Origin: an uncultured Gemmatimonadales bacterium
Lineage (GTDB): Bacteria > Gemmatimonadota > Gemmatimonadetes > Gemmatimonadales > GWC2-71-9
Length of the DNA stretch: 64,000 bases
Direction: 5' to 3'
NCBI GenBank assembly: GCA_963695555.1
Contig: CAVOGR010000001.1
Coordinates: 352,001-416,000 of the forward strand
The notes beneath the pieces are model-generated. The model did no database searches and was not told the DNA's origin. It was given only the letters and a program-made list of their open reading frames with translations. Position numbers and translations under genes: made by a program. How positions within the stretch are numbered: position 1 is the stretch's first letter; the number at the start of each line of letters is the position of its first letter. Positions 10,314 to 20,615 of this stretch are shown here, one piece after another.

Positions 10314-11667
10314 ACTTGATCCGGGGACGTCCAACCGACTGTCCTCGCGCCTGTTCCAGTTCATCCAAGCGACACCAGTCTCCGTACGACACAATGCGCC
10401 CGTTCTTGGATCGCAGGAGCTGCTCGATGGCGGCTCCATCTGCCGCGGACGCTTCGAGGGTGACACCCTTCGCCATATCCTCGACCATGCAGGCCACGGT
10501 CTCCTTGGCATCGGGCTTGTTGGTGCCGATAACACCGCTCGGGCCCCGTTTGATCCACCCGCTGACATAGAGGCCGGCGCTCGGCTTCTCGTTATCCAGC
10601 ACGCGGCCAGCCTGGTTGGGAACGATCCCGGCTCTTGCGTCGAAGGGTAGGTCGGCCAGCGCCACGCCGTGGTAGCCCACCGACCGGAACACCATGCCGA
10701 CGGGCAGGGTCTCGAACTCTTCGGTGGCGACGGGACGGAGGCGCCCGTCCGACTCGCGCCGCAGCAGGTTCCGCACCAGACGCATGCCGGCCACCTCGCC
10801 GGCGTCATTGCCGATCAGCTCGACCGGCGACACGAGGAAGCGCAAGGTGAGCGTTCGCGGCTTGCCCGTTGGCTCGCGGCCTGCGAGCTCCTGGATGATA
10901 TCGAGCTTCTTCTGGAGGTCGCGGTCGTCGCTCTGTGCCGCGTCCGCGGCACTGACCGGGTCGAGTGCGGCTTCCTCGGGCGGGATGACGAGGTCCGCGC
11001 CCGCCAGGTTGCCGAGCTCGCGAATCTCCGGATTCGTGAAGGCCGCCTGGGCCGGACCGCGTCTCCCGACAACGACCACCTCCCGCACCTGGCTGTGCTC
11101 GAGGGCCTCGAGCGCGTAGTCGGCAATGTCCGTCGTCTTCAACTCGTCGACCGTGCGGCACAGAATGCGGGCGACGTCGACCGCGACATTACCCACGCCC
11201 ACGACGGCGACACGTTCCACCGACAGGTCGAACGTCTTGTCCCGAAAATCGGGGTGACCGTTGTACCACGCGACGAACTCGGTGGCCGGATGGCTCCGGG
11301 CCAGGTCTTCACCGGGAATGCCGAGCCGACGGTCCGTCTGGGCTCCGGTGGCGAAGCAAATCTGATGGTAATGGCGGCGGAGCGTCGCGAGGTCGACGTC
11401 GGAGCCGACGTCGACGTTCCCGAAGAAGCGGAACCCAGGGTTGGACGCCGCCTTTTCGAAGACGCGGGTGACTTGCTTGATCTTCTGGTGGTCGGGCGCG
11501 ACCCCGAACCGCACCAAGCCGAACGGCATGGGCAACCGTTCGAACATGTCGACCTGGACCCCACGGTCCAGCCGCTTGAAGAGGTCTTCAGTGACGTAAA
11601 AGGCTGCCGGACCCGACCCGACTACGGCAACCCGTAATGGATTGGTCTCGCTCCCGAGCGCACTCAC
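10273..11667 (-). CDS. Ferredoxin-NADP+ reductase, adrenodoxin reductase/FprA type
   Basis: VAVVGSGPA, FGLVRFGVAPDH, GVGNVAVD, GRRGP, GWIKRGPSGVIGTN. Confidence 0.92.
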   Translation of the reverse strand: MSALGSETNPLRVAVVGSGPAAFYVTEDLFKRLDRGVQVDMFERLPMPFGLVRFGVAPDHQKIKQVTRVFEKAASNPGFRFFGNVDVGSDVDLATLRRHYHQICFATGAQTDRRLGIPGEDLARSHPATEFVAWYNGHPDFRDKTFDLSVERVAVVGVGNVAVDVARILCRTVDELKTTDIADYALEALEHSQVREVVVVGRRGPAQAAFTNPEIRELGNLAGADLVIPPEEAALDPVSAADAAQSDDRDLQKKLDIIQELAGREPTGKPRTLTLRFLVSPVELIGNDAGEVAGMRLVRNLLRRESDGRLRPVATEEFETLPVGMVFRSVGYHGVALADLPFDARAGIVPNQAGRVLDNEKPSAGLYVSGWIKRGPSGVIGTNKPDAKETVACMVEDMAKGVTLEASAADGAAIEQLLRSKNGRIVSYGDWCRLDELEQARGQSVGRPRIKFTDLEETLAALNR

Positions 11668-11689
11668 GAGTGACCTCCGTTATCAGGAG

Positions 11690-12028
11690 TTAGCGACGTG
11701 TGGTCGCGCTCGCGAGCTCCTCCACGATTCCCTTGAAGTCCACGAATTCCGGCGAGGCCCCATTCACGTTGCCTGCCCTGATATCCGCCAGGATCTGTTG
11801 GCAGATGTCGGTTCCGCGCCTCAGTCGAAACGCGCCGATGAATGCCTCATAATCGTCTGCCTGGGCGCTGCTCAGGATCGCCCACAAGCTCAGCCGCACG
11901 TTGTCGACCACGGCCTTCAGGTCCTCCAGCCCCTCGGGCGGGGTCTTGCCACCCTTGACCTCCGTCTCGATCGACGTCAGAGCGTTCTTCAGGTCCTGGA
12001 CGCGCTGGGCGAGCTCGTGCTGGGCCAT
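11690..12028 (-). CDS. Hypothetical helical protein
   Basis: GAGGA RBS before ATG 12028; GC3-rich codon usage; no recognisable motif. Confidence 0.6.
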   Translation of the reverse strand: MAQHELAQRVQDLKNALTSIETEVKGGKTPPEGLEDLKAVVDNVRLSLWAILSSAQADDYEAFIGAFRLRRGTDICQQILADIRAGNVNGASPEFVDFKGIVEELASATTRR

Positions 12029-12217
12029 GTGGGATCCTCGTGCTCGGCTTTCGTGGGAGTGATGGAGGCTGCTGCGCAACCAACCCAATTTAGCATCCTC
12101 GGTGCCCCAGACGAAGGCGGCTGAGCAACCGCGTTACCGCCCCCTCCAGGATTGGTCCGCGCGGTGATGGGCGTCTCCCAGAGCACGCAGCTCGCCCGCT
12201 GCGTCTCGATACCCTCC

Positions 12218-14416
12218 CTAGAAGCTCGAGTCGAGGGTGATGAGCAGGTGCCGGCCCGGTTCCGGGCGGAAGAAGCTGGCATTGGCGGATTCGGCGTAGA
12301 GCGTGTTGGTGAAGTTCGCGAGCGTCACCGCAACCCGCTGCGTGAACCGGCCCTGCCGAAACAGCGTGGCCCCCGCCCGGGCGGAGTGAACGGTAAACGC
12401 CGGCACCACGTCGCCGATCGGGTTGGTGCCCAGCGCAACGTCCTTGCGATCACCATTGTAGCGGATCTCGTATTCGGCCCAGAATCGGTTGTCGGATTCC
12501 GTGTAGCGAATTCGGCCGGCGAGATTGTTGGAGAACGTCTCACCGACCGGATTGAGTGGGTTCAAGACGTCCTTGGAAGACAGGTGCGTGTACGCTCCAT
12601 GCACGGACAGACCAGCCGGTAACTGGGTGCTGGCGGACAACTCCACGCCCGTGAAGCGGAGCTTGTCGACGTTCACGTTCTGAAAGACTGGCAGCGTGTT
12701 TACGGTATCGGTCGTCGGGGCGATTCGAATGCCGTTCCGGATCTCGTTCCGGAAGACAAAGCCCTCGAGGCTGAACCGACGATCCTGATATCGAAGCCCG
12801 ACGTCGATGTTGAGGCTCGTCTCCGCCTTGAGGTCCGGATTACGCGCTTGGAACGCAGCACCCTCCGGGGTGGGCCCGCTGAAGAATCGTTCCACCAGGT
12901 TGGGTGAGCGGAATGCCCGTCCAACCGCCCCGATCACGTTGAGGTTGTCCGTCAGGCCGTAGATGACATTGGCCGCTCCGACGACGGTTTGACTGCTCTT
13001 CGAGACCAGCGCGTCATTCACGTCCTGGGTCGGTCGTGTCGAAGCGCGTGTATCCTGAAACCGCGCCCCGAGGATGACCGAGAGCCGCTCCGCCACATGG
13101 AAGTCGCCTTGGGCAAAGATGCCGAGGCTGCGAAAGGTGGCGTTCGGCACCTGCGGCGTGCTGTCGATCTCCGGCACGGGCGGGCCGAAGCCGATCACGG
13201 CGGTTTCGGTGCGATCGGTGTTCTCTGACTTGTCACGGAACATGTCGACGCCATACTTCACAATGTGATCCCTGGCTACCAGCTTGGTGGCCTCGAGCCG
13301 GAACCCGTACGTCGCCAAGTCGGTGAAGTTCTTGTTCTGGATGACCACGCCCGCGCCCGGTGGCGCACCGCCGCCGAAGGGCACGAAGATGCCCAGGTCC
13401 AGATCTCGCTCGTTGTCCTGGTAGTATCCCAACACCTCGAGCTTGTCGGCCAGAGGCATGTGCAAATCGGAGGCGTGGTAGCCGGCGCTCACCTTGTCGA
13501 ACCGCTGTGCCGGGTAGGTGATCTGGATCAGCGGCAGAGTCGGCGCGTAGGCGGCGGGGTCGACATACCCAAAGCCCGTGGTATCGGCACGGTAGCGTTG
13601 GTACTTCACGAACACTTCGTGCCCGGGTTTTAGGTCGTAGCTCAGCAGCGCCTGGACGCTCTCATCCTGGACGCCGGTGTCATTGACCCGCACGTCGTTG
13701 CCAAGGGAGATGTTGCCGAACGATCCCGAAGGCGCGTCATAGGAGCCGGCATCGCGGTAGGTCCCGCTCAGCAAGAATCCGATCCGTCCGGTGCGGCCCA
13801 TCAGCGAGGCGACGCCTTTGTGTTGCTCATTGTAGGTGCTGTAGCGATACCCCAGATTCCCATGCACGCCCTCCTGCGTCGGAGTGCGCGAAATCAGGTT
13901 CACCACGCCCCCGATCGCGTCCGTTCCGTAGAGCACCGATGCCGGTCCCCGAACCACCTCGACGCGGTCAATCGTCGCGACATCCACGAGAGAGGGCACC
14001 TCGCCGAAATCCTGCTGCCTCCTCGAGTTGTTGAGCCGCAGCCCGTCTTCGAGCAACAGGATACGCTGCCCCCGCTGGCCGCGAATCGTGGGACGAACCT
14101 GCGCCGCCCCGACACCACTCACGCCGAGCCCGGGTTGTACGCGGAACAAGTCGGACACCGTGTTGGGGGCTTGCTCGCGAATCGCCGCCGACCCGAATAC
14201 GAGCGTCGGGGTGGGCACCGAGAACACGTTGGTCGGCGTGCGTGTCGCGGTCACCACGAGTTCTTCCACTTCGATGGGTGGCCGGGTTGCCCGAGCCGAG
14301 TCCTGGCTTTGCTGAAGAGTGGCGGCATGCGCGGGGTTTCGGACGCTCATGCCGAGGGTGAGGCCCGAGCACAGGATCAACGACGTTACAGCGAACGAAG
14401 GACGGAGCATGGTCAC
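12218..14416 (-). CDS. TonB-dependent outer membrane receptor (heme/siderophore-like)
   Basis: Signal peptide, EELVVTATR TonB box region, plug motif RVEVVRGPASVLYG, NPDLKAE, C-terminal F. Confidence 0.92.
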   Translation of the reverse strand: MTMLRPSFAVTSLILCSGLTLGMSVRNPAHAATLQQSQDSARATRPPIEVEELVVTATRTPTNVFSVPTPTLVFGSAAIREQAPNTVSDLFRVQPGLGVSGVGAAQVRPTIRGQRGQRILLLEDGLRLNNSRRQQDFGEVPSLVDVATIDRVEVVRGPASVLYGTDAIGGVVNLISRTPTQEGVHGNLGYRYSTYNEQHKGVASLMGRTGRIGFLLSGTYRDAGSYDAPSGSFGNISLGNDVRVNDTGVQDESVQALLSYDLKPGHEVFVKYQRYRADTTGFGYVDPAAYAPTLPLIQITYPAQRFDKVSAGYHASDLHMPLADKLEVLGYYQDNERDLDLGIFVPFGGGAPPGAGVVIQNKNFTDLATYGFRLEATKLVARDHIVKYGVDMFRDKSENTDRTETAVIGFGPPVPEIDSTPQVPNATFRSLGIFAQGDFHVAERLSVILGARFQDTRASTRPTQDVNDALVSKSSQTVVGAANVIYGLTDNLNVIGAVGRAFRSPNLVERFFSGPTPEGAAFQARNPDLKAETSLNIDVGLRYQDRRFSLEGFVFRNEIRNGIRIAPTTDTVNTLPVFQNVNVDKLRFTGVELSASTQLPAGLSVHGAYTHLSSKDVLNPLNPVGETFSNNLAGRIRYTESDNRFWAEYEIRYNGDRKDVALGTNPIGDVVPAFTVHSARAGATLFRQGRFTQRVAVTLANFTNTLYAESANASFFRPEPGRHLLITLDSSF

Positions 14417-14522
14417 ACCGGGAATAGGAGGGCGAGATGTGTGTCACACGGTGGAACGCCGCCCAGAGCGGCATTCCGGCAGTGGTGACAATCAAGCTAG
14501 GAGAAGAATCCCGAGCGGGGTA

Positions 14523-14562
14523 TTCGGAAAAACACCCACCGGAGGGTCGGGAAAACTACGGA
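14523..14562 (-). promoter_or_regulatory. Two tandem candidate NarL/LuxR-type operator boxes upstream of the TonB receptor
   Basis: Minus strand TCCGTAGTTTTCCCGA and TGGGTGTTTTTCCGAA, 24 bp apart, between the LuxR regulator and the receptor. Confidence 0.4.
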
Positions 14563-14581
14563 GTCGATCGGTGCTGCGGGG

Positions 14582-15238
14582 TCAGGTATTCCTGAGGTCG
14601 GATTCGAGGGCAAACCGAATGAGACCCGCCATGTTCCGAATGTCGAGCTTTCGCATGAGGCTCTCGCGATGGGTCTCGACGGTGCGCGGGCTGATACCGA
14701 GCTCGGCTGCGATCTCCTTGCTGGTGAGTCCGTTCGAGACCCGGACAAGAACCTCGCGTTCGCGCGCCGTCAGCCGTTCGAACGCGTTCTGTCGCTGTTG
14801 GTCTTCGAGTTCGCCTCTCAAGGCCGCGCTGAGCTTGTCAGCCACCGGGGGGCTGTAGAACGTCCGGCCACCGTGGACCGCGCGGACTGCCTCGCGAAGC
14901 TCGGCGGGCTGCCCGTCCTTGAGGACGTAGCCGTGGGCGCCGGCTCGCACGGCCTGGAGCAGATATTGGGCGTGATGGTGCATGCTGAGGATGAGGACCC
15001 GAACGTTCGGCAGCGTCTGTCTAAGCTGCGCGGCCGCGTCCAGGCCGGACCCTCCTTCCATCGTGATGTCGAGGACGGCCACATCGGGCTCGTGCTGCTG
15101 GGCCAATGCGAGGGCCTGATCGCCTCGCCCGGCCTCGGCCACGACGTGGAATCCCTCGCTCTCCGCCAACACCTGACGGATGCCTTCACGAACCAGGGCG
15201 TGGTCGTCGGCGATGAGCACGCGAATCGGCCCGCTCAA
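14582..15238 (-). CDS. NarL/FixJ family response regulator (REC + LuxR HTH)
   Basis: IADDH...LDITM...GYVLK; LTAREREVL...TVETHR. Confidence 0.95.
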   Translation of the reverse strand: MSGPIRVLIADDHALVREGIRQVLAESEGFHVVAEAGRGDQALALAQQHEPDVAVLDITMEGGSGLDAAAQLRQTLPNVRVLILSMHHHAQYLLQAVRAGAHGYVLKDGQPAELREAVRAVHGGRTFYSPPVADKLSAALRGELEDQQRQNAFERLTAREREVLVRVSNGLTSKEIAAELGISPRTVETHRESLMRKLDIRNMAGLIRFALESDLRNT

Positions 15239-17013
15239 GAACCGGCCCCGTCGCGTGGGAGCCGGACCTCGAGCATCGCCCCCGCTCCGGGCTCGCCCGA
15301 TATCGAGACCGACCCGCCGAGCGCGAGAATCCGCTCGCGCATTCCCGTGAGTCCCATGTGTCCTCTGCGTTCCAATGAGTCGAGTGTGTGATCCGGTGGG
15401 ATGCCCCGTCCGTCATCCCGGATCGAGAGATATATCCCTCCCGGGTCCTCGGTGAGCGTCACAACCGCCGACTTGGCCTGGGCATGGCGTGCCACATTGG
15501 CGAGCCCCTCTTGGACCGCTCGGAAGATGGCCAACTCCGCCTCCTCGCCCAATGCCGACAGCCGGGCTGGGCAGCGAAGCTGGATGTCCAGGCCACTCTG
15601 CTTGCCGAAGTCCTCGGTGATCGCCCGAAGGGTGGGACCCAGGCCGAGTTCGTCCAGCAGCGGTGGGCGCAGCACATCGGTAACGCTGCGAATGCTCCGA
15701 ATGCCGGTGTCGACCAGTTCGAGGACCCGGTCGATGCGGGGGACCTCATCGGGAACCGCCATCTCCCTGAGCAGGCCAAGCTGGAGCTTGACGGCCGATA
15801 ACACCTGGGCCGTTTCGTCATGCAGTTCTCGGGAGAGCCGCCGCCGCTCGGCCTCGTACTGGTCGAGCATTCGAGTCGTGAGCGCCTCGAGTTCCGCCGT
15901 TCGGACGGCCAAGCGTCGATAGAGATCGGCGTTCTCGAGGGCCGCTCCCACCTGCTGGCCGAGCGCGGTGAGGAAGTCGGTGTCCAGGGCGGCAAACGGA
16001 TCCCTGGCGTCGCCCACGATGACCATCGATCCGATGACAGTCTCCCCGTGCACCACCGGCAACGAGGCAAAATAGCTGTAGCCCCACTCCGAGCCGGGTC
16101 CATCGAGCCCGTGCACGCTCTCGGGCTGCCCCGTTTCCAGGCTGCGATTGATTGCTGCTTCCGCTCGCGGAGTGGGCTCCGTTCCCAGCCACGTACGGCA
16201 CACACCGGCGCCTCCGACATAGCGCCCGGGAGCGGGAGACCGTGCGTAGAGTGCGCTGCCCCGCACCCCGGGGAGTGTCAGAGGACGCTCGAGCAGCGCT
16301 GCCAGGACGCCGGCCTGGTCGATTGGCTCGTCGCCTCGTTGAAGGTCGCCGGATAGCGTTGACAAGGTCCGAATGCCGCCACGCAGGTCTTCGAGCACCA
16401 GCAGGAGTATTCCCGCGCCCACGGCCAACTCGAAGACGATGTCCAGGTAGTAGCCCCACGGATTCCATGCGCCGCGCGCCCGGAAGAATGGGTAATCCAG
16501 GTGATGCAGGCTCCAGAGCAGCATGGTTGCCGCGAGAACCGCTGCCGCCCAAGAGCCGACCTGTCGGTGGTGTTGCAGGAACACCCATCCGGTCCACAGG
16601 GTGGCCGCGCTCAGGAAGACAACGGCCGGAACAGCGGCGAGGTAGAAATTGTCCAACTGATAAATGGCGGCATACGCCCAGATCGGAGGGAACAGAACCA
16701 GCAGCAGATAGCGCCGCCTGAACTCGAGCTGCCGGGAGAAGATGAGCGCGGCCCACAAGATTGCGAGAGCGGTCCACCCCGTCACCACCTGATGCCAGTA
16801 CAGCCAGATACGGTCGCCGCTCGCCATGAACGTGATGATGGCCGTGAGCCGGAGGGCGTACATGGCCCACGCCAGGGCCCAGTAGAGGAAGTAGCGTTTG
16901 CGGTATTGCTGATAGAGGAAGACGCAGAGTCCGGCGAGTCCGAGCGTGACCGCGGCCTGGAGGAATGGTGCGGCGAAATCGGTGACAGCCGATTGGGGTA
17001 GTTCGAAATCCAT
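15235..17013 (-). CDS. Membrane sensor histidine kinase (multi-TM + GAF + HisKA_3)
   Basis: Several N-terminal TM helices, GAF ALENA, ERRRLSRELHD, QEGLANVARHA, DDGRG, GLTGMRER. Confidence 0.92.
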   Translation of the reverse strand: MDFELPQSAVTDFAAPFLQAAVTLGLAGLCVFLYQQYRKRYFLYWALAWAMYALRLTAIITFMASGDRIWLYWHQVVTGWTALAILWAALIFSRQLEFRRRYLLLVLFPPIWAYAAIYQLDNFYLAAVPAVVFLSAATLWTGWVFLQHHRQVGSWAAAVLAATMLLWSLHHLDYPFFRARGAWNPWGYYLDIVFELAVGAGILLLVLEDLRGGIRTLSTLSGDLQRGDEPIDQAGVLAALLERPLTLPGVRGSALYARSPAPGRYVGGAGVCRTWLGTEPTPRAEAAINRSLETGQPESVHGLDGPGSEWGYSYFASLPVVHGETVIGSMVIVGDARDPFAALDTDFLTALGQQVGAALENADLYRRLAVRTAELEALTTRMLDQYEAERRRLSRELHDETAQVLSAVKLQLGLLREMAVPDEVPRIDRVLELVDTGIRSIRSVTDVLRPPLLDELGLGPTLRAITEDFGKQSGLDIQLRCPARLSALGEEAELAIFRAVQEGLANVARHAQAKSAVVTLTEDPGGIYLSIRDDGRGIPPDHTLDSLERRGHMGLTGMRERILALGGSVSISGEPGAGAMLEVRLPRDGAGS

Positions 17014-17226
17014 CGGTCAAACAAAGGACGATGAGGTGTCGGAGCGCAATAGGCCGTAGCGCGTGCCGGGAGCCTCCTCATGCGCAGGTTGGTCCGGCAC
17101 TGGAGCAGGATTGAGGCGACGGGCAAGATCCGTCAGCGTCGAGGCTCGCATCCGAACCTCCGTGTACCCATCTTTCTCCGAGCGATTCTCTCATTCACGT
17201 GCTCTGCCACTCCAGGGATCTGACGT

Positions 17227-18906
17227 ATGCTACCGATTCGACTTCCACGACAATATCTGCGACTTCCTTTCCTGAGCCTCGCGCTCGCAAGCGCCGGGGT
17301 TGGCTGCCGGAGCGGTGACGGCGTGCCGGATCGGGCCCTCGATGCCGTGACGGTGGATGGACTCACGGCCCACATCGAGGTGCTGGCCTCGGACGACTTC
17401 GAAGGTCGGGCCCCGGCCTCGGTGGGAGAGCAGAAGACCATCGACTACCTGACCGCCGAGTTCAGGCGGCTGGGTCTCGAGCCGGGCAATGCCGGGAGCT
17501 ATGTGCAGCAGTTTCCTGTGGTCTCCATTACGTCGGTGCCTACGGCGCTGCGCGTAAGGGGAACAAAGGGCGGCAAGGCCTACAACTTCGGCAACGAGTT
17601 CGTGGCCTGGACCAGGCGGGTCGTGCCCGCGTCGGCCATCTCCAATTCCGACATGGTGTTCGTCGGATATGGCACGGTGGCGCCGGAGTATGAGTGGAAC
17701 GACTACGCCGGGCTGGACGTACGCGGCAAGACGGTCGTGATGCTGGTGAACGATCCGGGCTTCGCGACCAAGGACCCGGCACTCTTCAACGGCAACGCCA
17801 TGACGTACTATGGTCGCTGGACCTACAAGTTCGAGGAAGCGGCACGGCAGGGGGCGTCCGGAGTGTTCATCGTGCACGAGACGGAACCGGCGGCCTATCC
17901 GTGGGCGGTGGTGGAGAACGGCTTCACCGGCGCGCAATTCGGACTCGTGGCCGACGACAACAACATGTCGCGGGCGGCGGTCGAGGGCTGGGTCACCGTC
18001 GAGACGGCACGCCGCATCTTCGGGCAAGCGGGGATGAGTTACGATTCGCTCAAGACGCAAGCGAGTCAGCGGGGATTCAAGGCCGTTCCGCTCGGTCTCG
18101 AGGCGTCGGTCGGCCTCACCAATGCCATCGCACAATCCAGCACCAGCAACGTCCTCGCCGTGCTGCCGGGAAGCAGCCGGCCGGACGAATTCGTCGTGTA
18201 CATGGCGCACTGGGACCACTTTGGACGCGATACCACGCTCGAGGGAGACCAGATCTACAACGGGGCCCGCGACAACGCCACGGGGACGGCGGGCCTGCTC
18301 GAACTGGCCAAGGCCTTCGCGACGCTCGAACCACGGCCCGCCCGCTCCATGCTCTTCCTGGCAGTCGGCGCCGAGGAGCAGGGGCTGCTCGGCTCGGCAT
18401 ACTACGCCGCGAACCCGGTCTACCCGCCGACCAAGACCGTCGCCGCGCTCAACATCGATGCCATGAACATCTGGGGGCCAACCCACGACATCATGGTGGT
18501 CGGCTACGGCAACTCGGAGCTGGATGACGTCGCCGAGGAGGCGGCCCACGCCGACGGGCGCGTTCTCCGGCCCGACCCCGAAGTCGAGAAGGGCTACTTC
18601 TATCGCTCGGACCACTTCAGCTTCGCGAAGATCGGCGTCCCGGCGTTCTATGCCGACCCGGGCATCGACAACATCGAGCATGGCGAAGCCTGGGGTCTCG
18701 AACAGCGCGAGAAGTACACGGCCGAGCGCTACCACAAGGTGACGGATGAAATCGGGCCCGACTGGGATCTCAGAGGAGCGGTGGCCGACCTCCGGTTCGC
18801 CTTCCGAATGGGCTACCGGCTGGCCAACGAAGCGACCTTTCCCAATTGGCGGGAGGGCACCGAGTTCCGCGCCCTGCGCGATTCAACCATGGCGGCCACC
18901 CAGTAG
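17227..18906 (+). CDS. M28 family metallopeptidase with PA domain (lipoprotein)
   Basis: LASDDFEGR, AHWDH, GARDNATG, AEEQGLLGS, RSDHFSF, YHKVTDE. Confidence 0.92.
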   Translation: MLPIRLPRQYLRLPFLSLALASAGVGCRSGDGVPDRALDAVTVDGLTAHIEVLASDDFEGRAPASVGEQKTIDYLTAEFRRLGLEPGNAGSYVQQFPVVSITSVPTALRVRGTKGGKAYNFGNEFVAWTRRVVPASAISNSDMVFVGYGTVAPEYEWNDYAGLDVRGKTVVMLVNDPGFATKDPALFNGNAMTYYGRWTYKFEEAARQGASGVFIVHETEPAAYPWAVVENGFTGAQFGLVADDNNMSRAAVEGWVTVETARRIFGQAGMSYDSLKTQASQRGFKAVPLGLEASVGLTNAIAQSSTSNVLAVLPGSSRPDEFVVYMAHWDHFGRDTTLEGDQIYNGARDNATGTAGLLELAKAFATLEPRPARSMLFLAVGAEEQGLLGSAYYAANPVYPPTKTVAALNIDAMNIWGPTHDIMVVGYGNSELDDVAEEAAHADGRVLRPDPEVEKGYFYRSDHFSFAKIGVPAFYADPGIDNIEHGEAWGLEQREKYTAERYHKVTDEIGPDWDLRGAVADLRFAFRMGYRLANEATFPNWREGTEFRALRDSTMAATQ

Positions 18907-19050
18907 AGCGCACGCAGCCGGTCCTTCCTGCTCCGGCCACCCGCACGCGTAGCGCGGAGCCGGTTCCACCGGTACCTTGGGCCATTCCCGGCCCGGCCGG
19001 GGGAGTACCAGGCCATTGCTCCAAGCGCCGCGCCCTGACCGAGGCTTGCC

Positions 19051-20076
19051 ATGTCTCCCGTCGTTGTCGTGCCGACGGAAATTCTCGTGGTCCGGCTCAG
19101 CTCGATCGGCGGTGTTCTCCTGACGACACCGTTGCTCAGGGCCCTGCGCCATCGCCATCCGGAAGCGCGGCTGACCGTGCTGACCGACGAGCGTTACGCT
19201 CCGCTCCTCAAGCACAACCCCAACGTCGACCAAGTCGCGGGGGTTGGCCCGAATGCCTCACTCTGGGCGTGGGCGCGGAGTCTGAGGCAGCACGAGTTCG
19301 GCTGCCTGCTCGATCTCGAAGGCAACGTGCAGAGCCGATTCCTCCGACGCCTCGTGCCAGGGCGCTGGCGTCGTTCCGAGCGGCGCTGGCTGGCCGAACG
19401 TGTACTGATTCACACCAAACGAAACCTCTTTCGTGAGGCGCTATCGGACGCCGAACGATACTTCACGGCGGCCAAAGACTTGGATGTGGTTCCCGATGGT
19501 CAGCCGGTCGAATTTTGCCTGAGCGAGGCAGCGGACGTCGAGGCGACAAGATGGCTGGATCAGGCCGGGATGCTGAGCGATAGGCCGCTGGTAGCCTTTG
19601 CGCCCGGGGCCAGGGCGGCCACCCTGCGTTGGCCGGCAGATTCTTGGGTGGAGCTCATTACCCGGGTGACGGACACCGGGGCCGATGCCGTGGTGGTTGG
19701 CGGGCACGCAGACGCCACCCTCGCGACCGACATCGCGGTCAGGAGCGGCGCCCGTGCCGCGAGTTCGGCGGGTCTATTGAGCCTTCAGGGGATGGGGGCC
19801 ATCTTGAAGCGAGCGCAGGCCGTGTTGACGGGAGACAGCGGTGCCCTCCACATGGCGACCGGCGTCGGGACGCCGGTGGTGGCGTTATTTGGCCCGACCG
19901 CAAGGGAATTCGGCCGGTTCCCCTACCAGGCCCACGCTACGGTTATCGAGCGAGACCTCCCGTGCCGACCATGCAGCACGCGGGGGGGCCATACGTGCCC
20001 GCTCCAGCATCATGAGTGCCTGCGCTCCATCGAGCCGCAGGGTGTGCTCCACGTGCTGGCGCGGCTGCTCGCCTAA
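19051..20076 (+). CDS. Glycosyltransferase family 9 (LPS heptosyltransferase-like)
   Basis: RLSSIGGVLL, GDSGALHMA, LFGPT, CRPCS...C..H.C motifs. Confidence 0.85.
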   Translation: MSPVVVVPTEILVVRLSSIGGVLLTTPLLRALRHRHPEARLTVLTDERYAPLLKHNPNVDQVAGVGPNASLWAWARSLRQHEFGCLLDLEGNVQSRFLRRLVPGRWRRSERRWLAERVLIHTKRNLFREALSDAERYFTAAKDLDVVPDGQPVEFCLSEAADVEATRWLDQAGMLSDRPLVAFAPGARAATLRWPADSWVELITRVTDTGADAVVVGGHADATLATDIAVRSGARAASSAGLLSLQGMGAILKRAQAVLTGDSGALHMATGVGTPVVALFGPTAREFGRFPYQAHATVIERDLPCRPCSTRGGHTCPLQHHECLRSIEPQGVLHVLARLLA

Positions 20077-20131
20077 AGGCCCGCGCTCGGCGGTGCAGGC
20101 TTCCGGTTTTCATTCCTCACGAGGGGGAGCT

Positions 20132-20542
20132 ATGACGACGGATCTCAATTACCTGGCGATCCTGGTAGCAGCGCTGGTGTTCTTCGTGGTCGGCGGCGTA
20201 TGGTATGCGGCCGTCTTCGGCAAGGCCTGGCAGAACGCGCTGAATCTCAACCCGGAAGAAACGGCGCGGGCGCAGCAGGACTTCCCCAAGGCGCTCGCCG
20301 TATGGTTTCTGAGCGGTCTCCTCGTCAGCTTCGTCCTCGCGAATCTGGTGCGCGTCTTGGGTGCCACGACCTTCGGCGCCGGGGTCATGGTCGGCTTTTG
20401 GGCCTGGCTCGGCTTTGCTTTGCCCTTGAACCTGAATAGCCTGGCGTTCGAGAAGCGATCGCCTCACGTCTTCCTGATCAATGCCGGTTTCTACTGGGTA
20501 GCCTTTGCGTTGGTGGGGGGCATTCTGGCGGTGTGGCATTGA
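20132..20542 (+). CDS. DUF1761 family membrane protein
   Basis: NYLAILVAALVFFVVGGVWY...FGKAW; LINAGF; GGGGAG RBS. Confidence 0.82.
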   Translation: MTTDLNYLAILVAALVFFVVGGVWYAAVFGKAWQNALNLNPEETARAQQDFPKALAVWFLSGLLVSFVLANLVRVLGATTFGAGVMVGFWAWLGFALPLNLNSLAFEKRSPHVFLINAGFYWVAFALVGGILAVWH

Positions 20543-20615
20543 CGAAGCTCCTCGTGTCCTTGCCTCACGACCCGGGATCGGTGATTCTTCGGGGTCTCCT
20601 TCCAGGGGGGCGCCG

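Noticed and set aside
14417..14581. Cobalamin riboswitch upstream of the TonB receptor
   Set aside because: No B12-box or conserved GGGAA...GCCACTG core on the coding strand.
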